A stretch of DNA of 64,000 nt, taken from the NCBI GenBank assembly GCA_964106915.2, contig OZ066918.1. The stretch is one strand, 5' to 3'. The stretch is from Podarcis gaigeae (Eukaryota). This document shows, piece after piece, positions 62,605-64,000 of the stretch; positions within the stretch are counted from its first letter, which is position 1, and every line of letters begins with the position of its first letter. A program made the translations under genes and the position numbers. Below the pieces are notes generated by a model. The model did no database searches. It was given only the letters and a program-made list of their open reading frames with translations, and had not been told where the DNA came from.

Positions 62605-64000
62605 TTATATGGGAGTAAAAAAAAGAAAAAGTGCATTTAAAAAAATGAACAAGGCTGACAAATTATGCACATGACTGTTTGCTAGGAAACTTAAACGAAG
62701 AAGAGCCAAGAAACAAGGGACATATCCAAAAAAGGTCATTAAACTCAAGAGCTCTGAAAGATGGTGTCTAGAAGTAATTAATTTAAGAAGTTCAGGAAAG
62801 CAAAGCAGGAGCACTAGATTAGGAAGTTCTCATGCCAAGCCAAATCCATGGCTAATGCTGTCTGCTCTGATTAAACAGATAAGCCCTGCTCCAATAGGAA
62901 TAAATAAGTATGAATATTCTCCCTTGGGCTGATCTGGGGGGTGAGACTGCACAGTGGTTTGGGACACTAATCTGTTGAGCAGATGATACTATTGAGGTGC
63001 GAAGGAAAAAGGAGAAGCTGCTTCTCCATACAGATGATCAGCACCGCCAAACTTGACTGCGTTGACTTCCTGCTGATTAGCAAGACGTGACTAGCAGCTT
63101 GTGGGCAGCCTAACTTTCTGGCAACAATTCCAGCTCAAACACTCTGCCTCTTGAGCTACTGCTTAGTGTTCCTTTGGTGAGTTGCTTAGGACTGGCTAAT
63201 ACATACCTGCATGTTATAAGAATGAAAATAAATAAGATTTCCATGAAGAAATGGGGAAATAGGCACACAAAGCTAAGCAGGTCTGGTTCTGGTCAGTAGC
63301 TGATGGCTAATTGCCAGGGAGGCTTGCGTTCCATGACAAAAGAATAGTGAGATACAAATGTAAACAAATCAATACATTGAGAATAATGGGTCAGAGCCCA
63401 GAAGCTTGGTATGTTGGAAATCAGGTACCCATTTCTGCAAATAGCACTTTAAAACACAGTTATAGAGCCTCTGCTTTCAACAGTGCTGTTAACCTCATTC
63501 AGCAAATAATTGTACATGCTAGGGGTATGATTAGATGTTACAGTACAGCATGCTTTTATTTGTGTTTCAAGTACTCAATATCAAACCGAAACACAATAAT
63601 AAGCTTGGACAGACATTTCGATTGTAATGAAAACTGGTACAGGCTTAAGTTGAGCTACACTTGGTCCCAATTATATATTATGTACCGTTTGATAGTGACT
63701 GGTTGAAAGAAAGCATCACTGAACTAATGATCACATGTGCTTTGATTTGACTTGTGCCATTACGAAAAGAAACTGCATCCATAGATCAGCACTCTTTTTT
63801 TCCTGGGCAGGAAGTGTGGCGGAACCAAACCACTAGATGGCAGGCAAAATCAAGCAATGCCTACAAGCCGGTAACATCTCCTTCAATAAGGTTTTTATGT
63901 GCCGCACTTTAGTGGCTGATTCACCTATTTAGCACAAACGAAGTCTTCACCAAGCTACTAAAACCCAGTATAATCTCACTTATTCAGATTTTTATGGATT

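Overview
Vertebrate genomic DNA from a squamate reptile, probably a lacertid lizard (inferred from the Sauria-type SINE and the MITE families). It carries the syntenic block ARHGEF4 - FAM168B - PLEKHB2, as at human 2q21. ARHGEF4 (+) contributes its last nine coding exons (SH3-DH-PH-C terminus, 8992-20098); I did not find its upstream exons in the window. FAM168B (-) is complete: non-coding exon 1 in a CpG island near 43.8-44.0 kb, five coding exons giving 195 aa, and a ~4.7 kb terminal 3'UTR exon. PLEKHB2 (+) is complete: non-coding exon 1 in a second CpG island near 47.5 kb and seven coding exons giving 222 aa. Exons were spliced by hand and the reading frames close correctly. Introns hold CR1 LINE pieces, several SINE types, and hAT and Tc1/mariner MITEs, many with readable target-site duplications. 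The most notable signals are: a 196-bp TSD-flanked fold-back Penelope-like element carrying an intact minimal hammerhead-ribozyme core in the sense orientation of FAM168B intron 1; a ~230-nt hairpin in an ARHGEF4 intron; a GC-AG intron; three GTCACGTG E-boxes at the FAM168B promoter; and a ZNF143-type promoter motif also carried by a MITE family. Gene and repeat names come from recalled sequence similarity, not database searches. I cannot show a wholly undescribed system.
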